Positions 36,025 through 44,970 of a stretch of DNA of 64,000 nucleotides are shown here, in pieces. The translations under genes and the position numbers were made by a program. The DNA is from Candidatus Latescibacterota bacterium (GTDB lineage: Bacteria > Latescibacterota > UBA2968 > UBA8231), in contig JACPJE010000043.1 of assembly GCA_016187725.1 (NCBI GenBank), forward strand, positions 26,086 to 90,085. The letters run 5' to 3'. How positions within the stretch are numbered: the stretch's first letter is position 1; the number at the start of each line of letters is the position of its first letter. Below the pieces are notes generated by a model. That model had not been told where the DNA came from. It searched no databases and was given only the letters and a program-made list of their open reading frames with translations.

Positions 36025-37125
36025 CTACCTCCCTTCCAGGAGAATGGCCGAACTGAGAAAGAGGCGCAAGGCCCGCTGGCTGGGCCAGGGTCGTTCCCGG
36101 CGGGCAGCCACAGCGCGCAGGCGCACAAAACCGCGGGCGCCGGCGGGCACGGGCAAAGACAGGTCGAGCGCGCCGGCGGGCTGGGGCCCAAAGGAGTGCA
36201 GGATGGCGGGGGCCTGGGTGCGCGAGAACTGGCCGATGAGGTCGAGGGCCTCCAGTTCCTCGCCGGCTGCCAACGTCAGCCTCAGCAGCCCCTGGCCGGC
36301 GTTCTTCCAGGTATCGCCGAGGCGGGCCTGGTCCACGCGGAAGTCCCCCAGGTCTAGCCAGTGGCCCTGGGCAGCGCAGGTGCGGCCCTGGCGCAGGGCG
36401 GCAAAGACCGCCCCACTGTCCCGCTGGCCTGGGGCCACCCCGGCGCGGATGTGGTTGAAGACTCCCGGGGCGTAGTCGGGCTTGAGGTGCTGTTTGTGGA
36501 CGTGGAAGTCGGAATTGGCCAGCAGGGCAAAGGGCCGGCCTCGGGCGTAGAGGTGGTCGGCCAGGCCACCCGGCGCAGCGCCCGGATAACTCAGCGGGTC
36601 GAGGGCCAGCACGGGTTCGCGGGTCTGGTGGCCGTGCAGGGCTTCGAGGCCGGCGACCAGGCCGCCCTGGTCAGCCGCCAGGTACAGGTCCAGGTCCCGG
36701 GTGGACCACTGCCCGGAAGCGGGGTGATTGAAGAAGAGGAGTGGGCGCTCGGCCAGGGGCAGGGCGGCCAGGAAGCCCAGGGCTTCTGGCACGGCCGGCC
36801 GGCTGCCTGCGAGGCGGTCAAAAGCCTGGGCAAAGGCCTGGGCGTGTTCGTGCTCGTGGGGCGAGGGCGGAAAGATGAGGCAGGCGTGGCCGCCGGCGGG
36901 GGTGTTCCACTCCAGGCCCGAGAAGAGGAGCAGGCCGGGCAGGGCATCGCGCATGCGGGCGACCACCTGTGCCTGTTCGCGCAGGGCCGGCTTCTGGGCG
37001 TGGTTGGTCAGGGCGATGAAGTCGAGCCGGCCCCCCACGCCTTCCAGGTAAGCGGCCGCAAGCCCGGGGTCCTCGCAGTGGGTGTGGAGGTCTCCGCGTA
37101 GCCAGTGCAGGAGAGATGAGGACAT
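36025..37125 (-). CDS. PHP-domain-like metal-dependent phosphoesterase
   Basis: N-terminal GDLHTHC, later FIALTNH and SDFHVH His clusters, 366 aa. Confidence 0.65.
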   Translation of the reverse strand: MSSSLLHWLRGDLHTHCEDPGLAAAYLEGVGGRLDFIALTNHAQKPALREQAQVVARMRDALPGLLLFSGLEWNTPAGGHACLIFPPSPHEHEHAQAFAQAFDRLAGSRPAVPEALGFLAALPLAERPLLFFNHPASGQWSTRDLDLYLAADQGGLVAGLEALHGHQTREPVLALDPLSYPGAAPGGLADHLYARGRPFALLANSDFHVHKQHLKPDYAPGVFNHIRAGVAPGQRDSGAVFAALRQGRTCAAQGHWLDLGDFRVDQARLGDTWKNAGQGLLRLTLAAGEELEALDLIGQFSRTQAPAILHSFGPQPAGALDLSLPVPAGARGFVRLRAVAARRERPWPSQRALRLFLSSAILLEGR

Positions 37126-37277
37126 GTGGTTGCACGGGGAAGAGGTTTGCTGTACACTCGAAGCCGGTCAAATATAAAGCCCCCGTCAGGGGGGCAACAG
37201 ATCGGCAATGGCGATGGAATTGCGCTGCGCCTGCATCTTAGCGCCGGGCTCTCGCGCCCCGGAGACCTAGACCAATC

Positions 37278-38432
37278 GTGAAACTGCTGATCTTCACCAC
37301 CCGTTTTGCGCCTGAGAACGTGGGCACCGCCCGCTATGTGGAACTGCTGGCCAGGGGACTGGCCCAGAGAGGCCTGGACCTCAAGGTGTTGGCTCCCGCC
37401 TATCACAGCGCCCACCCTGAGGACGCTGCCCGCGCATACCCGGTGGAGCGCATCCCCGGCGGCAACACCGCCTTCATCCCCTGGCGTTATCAGCGGGCCC
37501 GCGCCGCCCTCAGCCAGGCCGTGGCCCAGTGGCGGCCCGACGTGGTATGGGCGGCCAATGGCATGGCCACCCGGGTGGCCGGCTCTCTGCTGGACCAATT
37601 GCCTATGCCGCTGATCGGCACGGTCCACGGCACGGACGTGGCCCGCCGCCTGCCGGGACGCACGCCCTGGACCTGGCTGGAGAGCATACCCCAGCGGCGT
37701 TTCTACACCCGGGCCAGGCGCCTGCTCACCAATAGCGCTTTCACCCGCCAGTTGCTGGTGGACAAGGGCGTGGACCCCAACAAGGTGAAGGTGGTGCATC
37801 TGGGGGTCGCCCTGCCCGCCGGCGTGGAGGAGACCAGGGCCGGGGCCCCGGGCCGCCACCCCCAGTGGCAGGGCCGGCCCCTGCTTTTAACCGTGGGCCG
37901 GCTGGTGCGGCAGAAGGGCCATTGCCTGCTGCTCCGGGCCATGCGCCAGGTGGCCGATCGGGTGCCGCAGGTGCTGCACCTGATCGTGGGGGAGGGGCCG
38001 GAACGGCCGGCCCTGGCCAGGCAGATCGAAGAACTCGGATTGGGAGGCAACGTGATGCTGCTGGGTCAGGTCAGCGAGGAGACCCTGCGGGATTGCTACG
38101 CCCTGGCCTGGGTTTTTGCCCTCACCAGCCACCAGGTCAAATCCTACGTGGAGGGCATGGGGTTTGTCTTTCTGGAAGCCGCGGCCTGGGGGGTGCCGGC
38201 CGTGGGCACGCGACACGGGGGCATCGCCGAGGCCGTCCTCGAAGGGCAGACCGGGTTCCTGGTGGCGCCCCAGGAGCCGGAAGAGATCGGGGTGCGCCTG
38301 ACCGAGTTGCTGGGGGACGAGGAGCGCTGCCGGCAGATGGGGAGGCAGGCGCGCGCCCGGGTCGAGGAGTACTTCAACGCGGAGCGCATGGCTGCCCAGA
38401 GCGAGGCGCATTTGCGGGAGGTGGTGGGATGA
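37278..38432 (+). CDS. Glycosyltransferase family 4 (GT-B)
   Basis: EGMGFVFLEAAAWGVPAVGTRHGGIAEAV is the EX7E-type GT4 C-terminal motif. GTG start. Confidence 0.85.
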   Translation: MKLLIFTTRFAPENVGTARYVELLARGLAQRGLDLKVLAPAYHSAHPEDAARAYPVERIPGGNTAFIPWRYQRARAALSQAVAQWRPDVVWAANGMATRVAGSLLDQLPMPLIGTVHGTDVARRLPGRTPWTWLESIPQRRFYTRARRLLTNSAFTRQLLVDKGVDPNKVKVVHLGVALPAGVEETRAGAPGRHPQWQGRPLLLTVGRLVRQKGHCLLLRAMRQVADRVPQVLHLIVGEGPERPALARQIEELGLGGNVMLLGQVSEETLRDCYALAWVFALTSHQVKSYVEGMGFVFLEAAAWGVPAVGTRHGGIAEAVLEGQTGFLVAPQEPEEIGVRLTELLGDEERCRQMGRQARARVEEYFNAERMAAQSEAHLREVVG

Positions 38433-39772
38433 AGGCCCTGCATCTGCAAGAGAGCTGCGAATTGCACGTGCACGTAGGCGGCTGCCTGTATGCAGACGAT
38501 CTGCTGGAACTGGGCCGCGATATCTACACCGAGGTGGATTGGAGCCTCTTTGTCAGCAGTTATGAACGGGCCTTCGGAGTGCGCCCGGACCCGGAGCGCC
38601 TCTTCAGGGAAGGGCTGCGCAGCGAGAAGGGGCGGGAGTGTTTTCGGCGGCACTATGTGTACCGCCAGGAGGACGGGGGTGACTTCGGCCGCTTCCAGGC
38701 CAAGTTCGATTTGCTGATCTGCCTGTACCGGTACTGGGCCCAACACCTGCACCGCGAGGAGGAGGTGCTCTGGCGCATCGTCGAGCGCCACCGGCGGGAG
38801 GGGCTGAAGTACGTCGAGTACCGGGCGATGTTCGGGAGCGGCGACCCGGAGCATTTCCTGCACTTTCACCGCACCAATGCCCGGGTCTTCCAGCAGGCCT
38901 GCGTCAGGGATTTCACCGCCCGTTACCTGATCAGCCTGCCCCGGGGCGCGGCGCTGGAGGGGTACGAACTGGTGCAACATCTCTTCGCGGAAAGCCCCGA
39001 GTTGATCCCCTCGGTGGTGGGGTTGGATTTCTGCTTTTTCGAGGAGGGGCATCCACCCGAAAAGTTGCGGTCCTTTTTCGCGCGTCTGGAGGCGGACAAC
39101 CAGCGCCGCCCCGAACAGGCCCTAGAAGTGGCCTACCACGTGGGCGAGGTCTTTTTCGACAAGTCTTTGGAGAGCGCGGTGCGCTGGTGTCACCAGGCGG
39201 CTCGGTGGGGGGCCCGGCGCCTGGGCCACGCCATCGCCCTGGGCCTGGACCCGGAGGTGGCCGTGGCGCGGCGGCCCGGCGCCCACGAGGCGGAACCGGC
39301 GGGTGAGCGGTTGGCGCAGATCACCTACGACCTGGAGCAGGCGCGGGAGCTGGAGGCCTTTGGGGTGGAGGTGGAGGGTGGCAGGCTGCGACAGGAAGCG
39401 GAAGAGTTGCGCGGCGGTTCAGCCGGCGAATCGGTGTGCCGGCCCTACACCCCGCAGCGCCTGGAGCAGGTGCGCCGGCGCCAGGATTTTGTCCTGGCGG
39501 AACTAGCCCGCCTGGGAGTGGCCATCGAGAGCTGTCCCACCTCCAACCTGCGCATCGGCGGGGTGCCCTCACCGTCCCGGCATCCGCTGTGGCGCTTTCT
39601 GCGCTCCGAGGTGGGCCTGGTCATCGGCGCCGACGACCCGGGGGTTTTCGACCAGCCACTGGCCGCCGAGGTGGACTGGGTGGCCGCGCACGCAGGCATG
39701 GGCAAGAGGGCCCTGGCCCGCCGGCTGGGAGACCCGCGCCGTTTCAGGTTCGGACAACAGCGCCCTTCATAG
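38429..39772 (+). CDS. Adenosine/AMP deaminase-fold metal-dependent hydrolase
   Basis: ATGA overlap with the GT4 gene. Motifs ELHVHVGG, VAYHVGE, RLGHAI, ESCPTSN and IGADDPGVF. About 60 extra residues lie between the LGHA and SCPTSN motifs. Confidence 0.75.
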   Translation: MKALHLQESCELHVHVGGCLYADDLLELGRDIYTEVDWSLFVSSYERAFGVRPDPERLFREGLRSEKGRECFRRHYVYRQEDGGDFGRFQAKFDLLICLYRYWAQHLHREEEVLWRIVERHRREGLKYVEYRAMFGSGDPEHFLHFHRTNARVFQQACVRDFTARYLISLPRGAALEGYELVQHLFAESPELIPSVVGLDFCFFEEGHPPEKLRSFFARLEADNQRRPEQALEVAYHVGEVFFDKSLESAVRWCHQAARWGARRLGHAIALGLDPEVAVARRPGAHEAEPAGERLAQITYDLEQARELEAFGVEVEGGRLRQEAEELRGGSAGESVCRPYTPQRLEQVRRRQDFVLAELARLGVAIESCPTSNLRIGGVPSPSRHPLWRFLRSEVGLVIGADDPGVFDQPLAAEVDWVAAHAGMGKRALARRLGDPRRFRFGQQRPS

Positions 39773-39879
39773 GTGCAGCGCGCCAATCCCATGAAGGGGG
39801 TAAGCGGGGTCTTCACCCTGGTCTCGACCCTGGCCAGCATCTGCCGGGCCAAGGGGCCGCGCAGCGGGCTGCAATTGTG

Positions 39880-40494
39880 CTAATGCCGCAACCCCTCCAG
39901 CGCGATCTCCCCCTTGGCGATGCGCTGCAGGGTCTCGGCGTAGAGGCGGTGCTCCTGCTCCAGCACCCGGGCGGCCAGGGTGTCGGGGGTGTCATTGGGC
40001 AGCACCGGCACCCTGGCCTGGGCCAGGACCGGGCCGTGGTCGTATTCTTCGTCCACCAGATGCACGGTGGGTCCGCTCTCCTTTTCCCCAGCCTCCAGCA
40101 CTGCCTGGTGCACGGCCTGGCCGTAGAATCCCTCTCCCCCGAACTTGGGCAAGAGCGCCGGGTGGATATTGAGCACCCGGCCCCGGTACGCGGCCAGGGT
40201 CCGCGGGCCCAGGCGCTTCATGTATCCGGCCAGGCAGACGACCTCCACTTGGTGGCGGGTGAGGGCGGCACAGATGGCCTGGTCCAGGGCCCCGGGTCCG
40301 GGGTGGGTGTGGCCGCTCAGGTGGCAGGCGGGAATGCCCTCCTGCCTGGCGCGCGCCAGGGCGCCGGATTCGGAGTTGTTGCTGATCACCACCGCGGGCC
40401 GGGCGCTGAGGCGGCCTTCCCTGCAGGCGTCGATGATGGCCTGCATGTTGGAGCCCTTGTGGGAGGCCAAGAACCCCAGGCGCAGGGGGGCCAT
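39880..40494 (-). CDS. purN: Phosphoribosylglycinamide formyltransferase
   Basis: LGFLASHKGSNMQAIIDA..VVCLAGYMKRL..VLNIHPALLP..GPTVHLVDEEYDHGPV. Confidence 0.9.
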   Translation of the reverse strand: MAPLRLGFLASHKGSNMQAIIDACREGRLSARPAVVISNNSESGALARARQEGIPACHLSGHTHPGPGALDQAICAALTRHQVEVVCLAGYMKRLGPRTLAAYRGRVLNIHPALLPKFGGEGFYGQAVHQAVLEAGEKESGPTVHLVDEEYDHGPVLAQARVPVLPNDTPDTLAARVLEQEHRLYAETLQRIAKGEIALEGLRH

Positions 40495-40496
40495 GG

Positions 40497-40859
40497 TCAG
40501 AGGATCTCCAGCACCTGCTCAGGGGGCCGGCCCAGGCGAGCGCGCTGGCCGCAGACCACGATGGGCCGCTCGATGAGGATGGGGTGTTCCACCATGAGGC
40601 GGATCAGTTCGGCGCGCGTGTGTTCGCGCTTATCCAGGTCCAGTTCGGTGTAGAGATCTTCCTGCTGGCGTATCAGTTCCCTAGGCTCCAGGCCCAGCTG
40701 CAGCAGCAGCTGGGCTAGGGTGCACTCGTCGGGCGGCTCGCGCAGGTACTCGATGACCTCGGGTTCGAGGCCGCGGCTGCGCAGCAGTTCGAGGGTCTCG
40801 CGGCTCTTGCTGCAGCGCGGATTGTGATAGATCCGCAGCGGGGTTTTCGGCTGTGCCAT
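40497..40859 (-). CDS. arsC: Arsenate reductase (glutaredoxin-type ArsC family)
   Basis: 120 aa. IYHNPRCSKSRETLELL..HPILIERPIV..RLGRPPEQVLEIL is collinear with E. coli ArsC as I recall it. Confidence 0.85.
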   Translation of the reverse strand: MAQPKTPLRIYHNPRCSKSRETLELLRSRGLEPEVIEYLREPPDECTLAQLLLQLGLEPRELIRQQEDLYTELDLDKREHTRAELIRLMVEHPILIERPIVVCGQRARLGRPPEQVLEIL

Positions 40860-40910
40860 AATCGTTTTCCTGGTTTGTTCCCGGCCGGAACCAGCGCTCC
40901 TAGTCCACCG

Positions 40911-41951
40911 CTAGCGCAGCCACTGGTCCAGGTGCCGGGCCACAAACTCGTCGTCGTTGAGGTGGGGATAGGCGGCGCACACGCGGGCGATCTCTTCCTG
41001 TTGCCCGGGGGACAGACCCTCTTCCGGATCGAGGCACCAGATGCCCTGCAGCAGGCCCTGCCGGCGCAGCATCTCGTGGATGCCGGCGATGCAGCCGGCG
41101 AAGTTGTGAGCCGCGTCGAAGAAGGCAGCGTTGGCGTCGGTGATCTGCGCGGCCCTGGTCAGCAATTCCTGGGGAATGGGGGCGTTGCTCTCGACGGCGG
41201 CATGGCACTCCTGCAGCAGGGCGACGGCCTTCTGGGTCCACACGGCCCAGTGGCCCAGCAGGCCGCCGGCGATGCGCACCTCCTGGCCGCCGAAGGAGAA
41301 ACGGGTGAGCAGGTCGAGGGTGATGGTGTCGTCGTTGCCGGTGTACAGGGCGATGTCGCCCTGGCGGCCGGCCTCGGCCACGGCGCGCACCACGTCGAGG
41401 GTCTGGTAGCGGTTGAAGGGGGCGATCTTGATGGCCGCCACCTGATCGATCTCGGCGAAGCGCCGCCAGAACTCGAAGCCCAGCACCCGGCCACCCACGG
41501 CCGGCTGCAGATAAAATCCCATCACCGGGATGACCTGGGCCACGGCCCGGCAGTGGTCCAGCAGTTCGCCGGTGGAGGCGGTCTTGAAGGCCGAGAGGCT
41601 GAGCAGGCCCAGCTGGTACCCGCAATCGCGGGCAAAGCGGGCTTCGGCCAGGGCCTGGGTGGTGGGGCCGCACACCCCGGCGATGGGGATGAAACCGGGC
41701 GGCGCCTCGCCGGCGATCACCTCGCCGGCCAGTTTGAGCACGGGTTCGAAAAGCCCCACGCGCGGATCGCGGATGGCGAACTGGGTGGTGTGGACGCCCA
41801 CCGCCACCCCGCCGGCGCCGGCGGCGATATAATAGCGGGCCAGGGCCCGCTGGCGGCGCTCGTCCAGCCGCCGGCGCTCGTCCAGGGCCAGGGGGTGGGC
41901 CGGGATGACCTGGCCCTGCAGCAGTTGCTGGCGCAGGAGGGAGGGAAGCAT
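40911..41951 (-). CDS. Dihydrodipicolinate synthase/N-acetylneuraminate lyase family protein
   Basis: 346 aa, TIM-barrel DapA-like pattern (GVHTTQF.., AAIKIAPF). Substrate unknown. Confidence 0.7.
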   Translation of the reverse strand: MLPSLLRQQLLQGQVIPAHPLALDERRRLDERRQRALARYYIAAGAGGVAVGVHTTQFAIRDPRVGLFEPVLKLAGEVIAGEAPPGFIPIAGVCGPTTQALAEARFARDCGYQLGLLSLSAFKTASTGELLDHCRAVAQVIPVMGFYLQPAVGGRVLGFEFWRRFAEIDQVAAIKIAPFNRYQTLDVVRAVAEAGRQGDIALYTGNDDTITLDLLTRFSFGGQEVRIAGGLLGHWAVWTQKAVALLQECHAAVESNAPIPQELLTRAAQITDANAAFFDAAHNFAGCIAGIHEMLRRQGLLQGIWCLDPEEGLSPGQQEEIARVCAAYPHLNDDEFVARHLDQWLR

Positions 41952-41955
41952 GGCC

Positions 41956-42603
41956 TCAGCTCCTCTTGCGGGGCAGGGAACCGACGATCAGCAGGGTGCC
42001 GTTGGCGGTCACGGCGCCCTCCTCCACGTTCCATTCCTTGGTCTGGCCGCCCAGCTTTTCGGCGCAGCGCTCGCACACCTGGTTGAAGGGGGGTCGCCCT
42101 GGGTCGGCCAGCACCACCTGCTGCACGCCGGCCAGCACTGCCTTTTCGATAAGCCCGTACAAGGGGTCCACCATCTCGTCCCAGAAGCACACGTCGGCGG
42201 CCAGCATCACGTCGTAGCCGGCCAATTCCTCGGCCCTCAGCTCCTCGAAGCGGGCCTGCCGGGTCTGGACCTCCACCCCATTGACCTGGGCGTGCAGGTC
42301 CAGGTAGGGAAAGACCTGGGGATCGGCGTCGATGCCGGTCACCCGGGCGCCGAACTGCTTGGCGCAGAAGATGCCGGCCAGGCCCCAGCCGCAGCCGGCC
42401 TCCAGCACCCGGGTGCCGATGGGCAGGCCCTGGTAGCCCAGGTAATCCATAATCAGATAACTGGAGGACCAGAACTTGTTGCCGTGGATGGAGGGCTCGT
42501 GGTCTTTCTTGAGCTGCCGCATGAGGTGGTGGGCGGCCTTGAGGATGGTGAGGCCATAGGCACGGCGCTCAATGCTCTTGTCGATGCTCTTTTTTTTGGC
42601 CAT
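41956..42603 (-). CDS. Class I SAM-dependent methyltransferase
   Basis: RVLEAGCGWGLAGIFCAK..GARVTGIDAD. Start set at MAKKK (42603), because the upstream extension in the track runs through a terminator-like hairpin. Confidence 0.7.
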   Translation of the reverse strand: MAKKKSIDKSIERRAYGLTILKAAHHLMRQLKKDHEPSIHGNKFWSSSYLIMDYLGYQGLPIGTRVLEAGCGWGLAGIFCAKQFGARVTGIDADPQVFPYLDLHAQVNGVEVQTRQARFEELRAEELAGYDVMLAADVCFWDEMVDPLYGLIEKAVLAGVQQVVLADPGRPPFNQVCERCAEKLGGQTKEWNVEEGAVTANGTLLIVGSLPRKRS

Positions 42604-42671
42604 CGCGCGACAGAAAGGATAGATTATAACCTGCTCGGGCATTGAAAAGTAAGGAATTGTGCGATGGAAGC

Positions 42672-42699
42672 AAAAAAAACGCCCCTGCGCGTGGGGCGT
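42672..42699 (-). terminator. Intrinsic-terminator-like hairpin (minus-strand orientation)
   Basis: Minus strand reads ACGCCCC-acgcgca-GGGGCGT followed by TTTTTTTT. Confidence 0.4.
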
Positions 42700-42737
42700 G
42701 TGCCTGGACGTGGCCGCCTTCATGAAAGCGTGAAGGC

Positions 42738-44177
42738 GTGATCTCCTACCTGAGAAAGCGCTGGCGCGCCGAAGGCGGGTACCGGGAGTTTCTGATCCTC
42801 GCCTTTCCCCTCACGCTCAGCACCGCCAGCTGGAGCGTTCAGCATTTTATCAACCGGGTCTTCCTCACCTGGCATTCCACCGAGGCGCTGGCCGCGGCCC
42901 TGCCTGCGGGCCTGACCAACTTCATCTTTCTCAGCTTCTTCATGGGCATGGCCCAGTACACCAACACCTTTGTGGCTCAGTACAGCGGCGCCGGCCGGCC
43001 CGAGCGGGTGGGGCCAGCGGTGTGGCAGGGCCTGTACCTGGCACTGCTGAGCGGAGTACTGGGCCTGGGGTTGGCGTCCTGCTCGGCGCCGCTCTTCGAC
43101 CTGATCGGCCACAATCCGGTCGTCCGCCAGGAGGAGGTCAGCTATTTCCGGGTGCTCTGCTACGGGGTGGGACCCTTTGTGGTCTCGGCGGCGGCCTCCT
43201 GCTTCTTCAGCGGCCTGGGCCAGACCTGGACGGTGCTGGGGGTCAATGTGGCTGGGACCGCGATCAACGTGGCCCTGGATTACGGCCTGATCTTCGGCAA
43301 CTGGGGCTTTCCCGCCTGGGGGATCCGGGGTGCGGCCTGGGCCACCAACATCTCGTCCAGCTGCACGGCCCTGCTCTTTGTGGGGCTGATGATGCGGGGG
43401 GTCTACCGCCGCCAGTTCGCCACCTTGAGCGGCTGGCGGCCCGATCCCGAACTCTTCGGCCGGCTCCTGCGCTTTGGCGGGCCCAACGGCCTCAACTTCA
43501 TGCTCGACATCCTGTCCTTCTCGCTCTTTGTCCTGCTGGTGGGGCGCATCGGCACCGTCGAACTGGCCGCCACCAACCTGGCCTTCAATGTCAACAGCCT
43601 GGCCTTCATGCCCCTCATCGGCGGGGGCATCGCCGCGGCCACCATGGTGGGCCAGCGCCTGGGGCAGGAGCGGCCGGAGGCGGCGGAGTACTGCACCTGG
43701 ACCGGTTTCCACCTGGCGGTTTGCTACATGGGCGGCATGTCGCTGGCCTACGTTCTTTTTCCCGATTTTTTTCTGATGCCTTATGGCCTCCGCTCCCAGG
43801 GCGCCGAGTTCGAGGCGGCCCGCCTGCTGGCCGTCGTGCTGCTGCGCATCGTGGGGATCTACTGCGTCTTCGACGCCATGTACATGAGTTTCACCGCCGC
43901 CCTCAAGGGGGCAGGAGACACCCGTTTTCTCATGGAGATCTCGGTGGTCATGGGCTGGGTGCTGCTGGTCATCCCCGCGTGGGTGGCGTTGACCTATTTT
44001 GCCGCCTCCCTCTATTTGCTGTGGGGCTTCATGTGCTTCTACATCATTTCCATGGGGGTGGTTTTCTACTTCCGTTTTCGCGGGGGAAAGTGGAAACAGA
44101 TGCGGGTGATCGAGGAGATGCCGATCGTGCCCGCCGAGGAGGAAGTGCTCAGGCAGGAAGCCAAGGCCGGAGCCTAG
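42738..44177 (+). CDS. MATE family efflux transporter
   Basis: 479 aa with about 12 TM helices. FLILAFPLTLS..FVAQYSGAG..GIRGAAWAT are typical MATE motifs. GTG start. Confidence 0.85.
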   Translation: MISYLRKRWRAEGGYREFLILAFPLTLSTASWSVQHFINRVFLTWHSTEALAAALPAGLTNFIFLSFFMGMAQYTNTFVAQYSGAGRPERVGPAVWQGLYLALLSGVLGLGLASCSAPLFDLIGHNPVVRQEEVSYFRVLCYGVGPFVVSAAASCFFSGLGQTWTVLGVNVAGTAINVALDYGLIFGNWGFPAWGIRGAAWATNISSSCTALLFVGLMMRGVYRRQFATLSGWRPDPELFGRLLRFGGPNGLNFMLDILSFSLFVLLVGRIGTVELAATNLAFNVNSLAFMPLIGGGIAAATMVGQRLGQERPEAAEYCTWTGFHLAVCYMGGMSLAYVLFPDFFLMPYGLRSQGAEFEAARLLAVVLLRIVGIYCVFDAMYMSFTAALKGAGDTRFLMEISVVMGWVLLVIPAWVALTYFAASLYLLWGFMCFYIISMGVVFYFRFRGGKWKQMRVIEEMPIVPAEEEVLRQEAKAGA

Positions 44178-44192
44178 TGGAGGAGAAAAGGG

Positions 44193-44970
44193 ATGTCAGT
44201 CCATTGGGGGATAGACCTAGGAGGAACCAAGATCGAGGGGGTGGTGCTGGAGGCCGGCGCCGCCGAACCCCGGTGCCGGATCCGCGTCGCCACCGAAACG
44301 GAGAAGGGGTACCGGCACATCATCGGCCAGATGCACCGGCTGGTGGAGCAGCTGAAGGCCCAGACCGGCCTGCAGCCGGCCACCCTCGGCATCGGCACGC
44401 CGGGGGTGCTGGACCCCCAGACCCAGACCCTCAAGAACAGCAACACCCTCTGCCTGAACGGCCAGCCCCGGGATCATCCTGGGGACCGGGGTGGGCGGCG
44501 GGGTGGTGGTGCGGGAGCGGGTGCTCTACGGCTGCCAGGGCATCGCCGGCGAGTGGGGGCACAATGTGCTGGAGGTCGATGGGCCGGCCTGCTACTGCGG
44601 CAAGCGGGGCTGCGTGGAGCAGTTCCTGGCCGGACCCGCCCTGCAGGAGTACTACACCAGTCTGTCTGGCAAGAGCTGCCCCCTGGCCGAGATCGTCCGG
44701 CGCTGCGAGCGGGGCAGCGACGCGCACGCCGAGGCCACGGTGCAGCGGCTGATCGCCTATTTCGGCAGGGCCATCGCTTACCTGATCAACATCCTCGACC
44801 CCCACGTCATCGTGCTGGGCGGGGGGGTGAGCAACGTGGACCTGCTCTACAGCGAGGGGGTGCGGGCAGCCATGCCCTACGTGTTCAACAACCGCCTGGA
44901 GACCAGGGTGGTGAAGAATCAGCTGGGCGACAGCGCCGGGGTCTTCGGCGCGGCCATGCTGGTGGCCTGA
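44193..44970 (+). pseudogene. ROK-family sugar kinase (Mak/fructokinase-like) with an internal deletion and frameshift
   Basis: The N-part, WGIDLGGTKIEGVVL...NSNTLCLNGQP, runs to about 44468. The C-part, in another frame from 44470, reads GIILGTGVGGGVVV..GIAGEWGHN..CYCGKRGCVEQF..ILDPHVIVLGGGVSN. About 40 residues that normally lie between LNGQP and ILGTG are absent. Confidence 0.7.

Noticed and set aside
33615-36191. 858-aa minus-strand ORF crossing the deacetylase gene, the remnant, the Gfo/Idh/MocA gene and part of the PHP gene.
   Set aside because: It is an artefact of open frames. Only the short stretch from ATG 34961 has protein-like sequence; that stretch is reported as a pseudogene. 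The rest is antisense or out of frame to well-supported genes.
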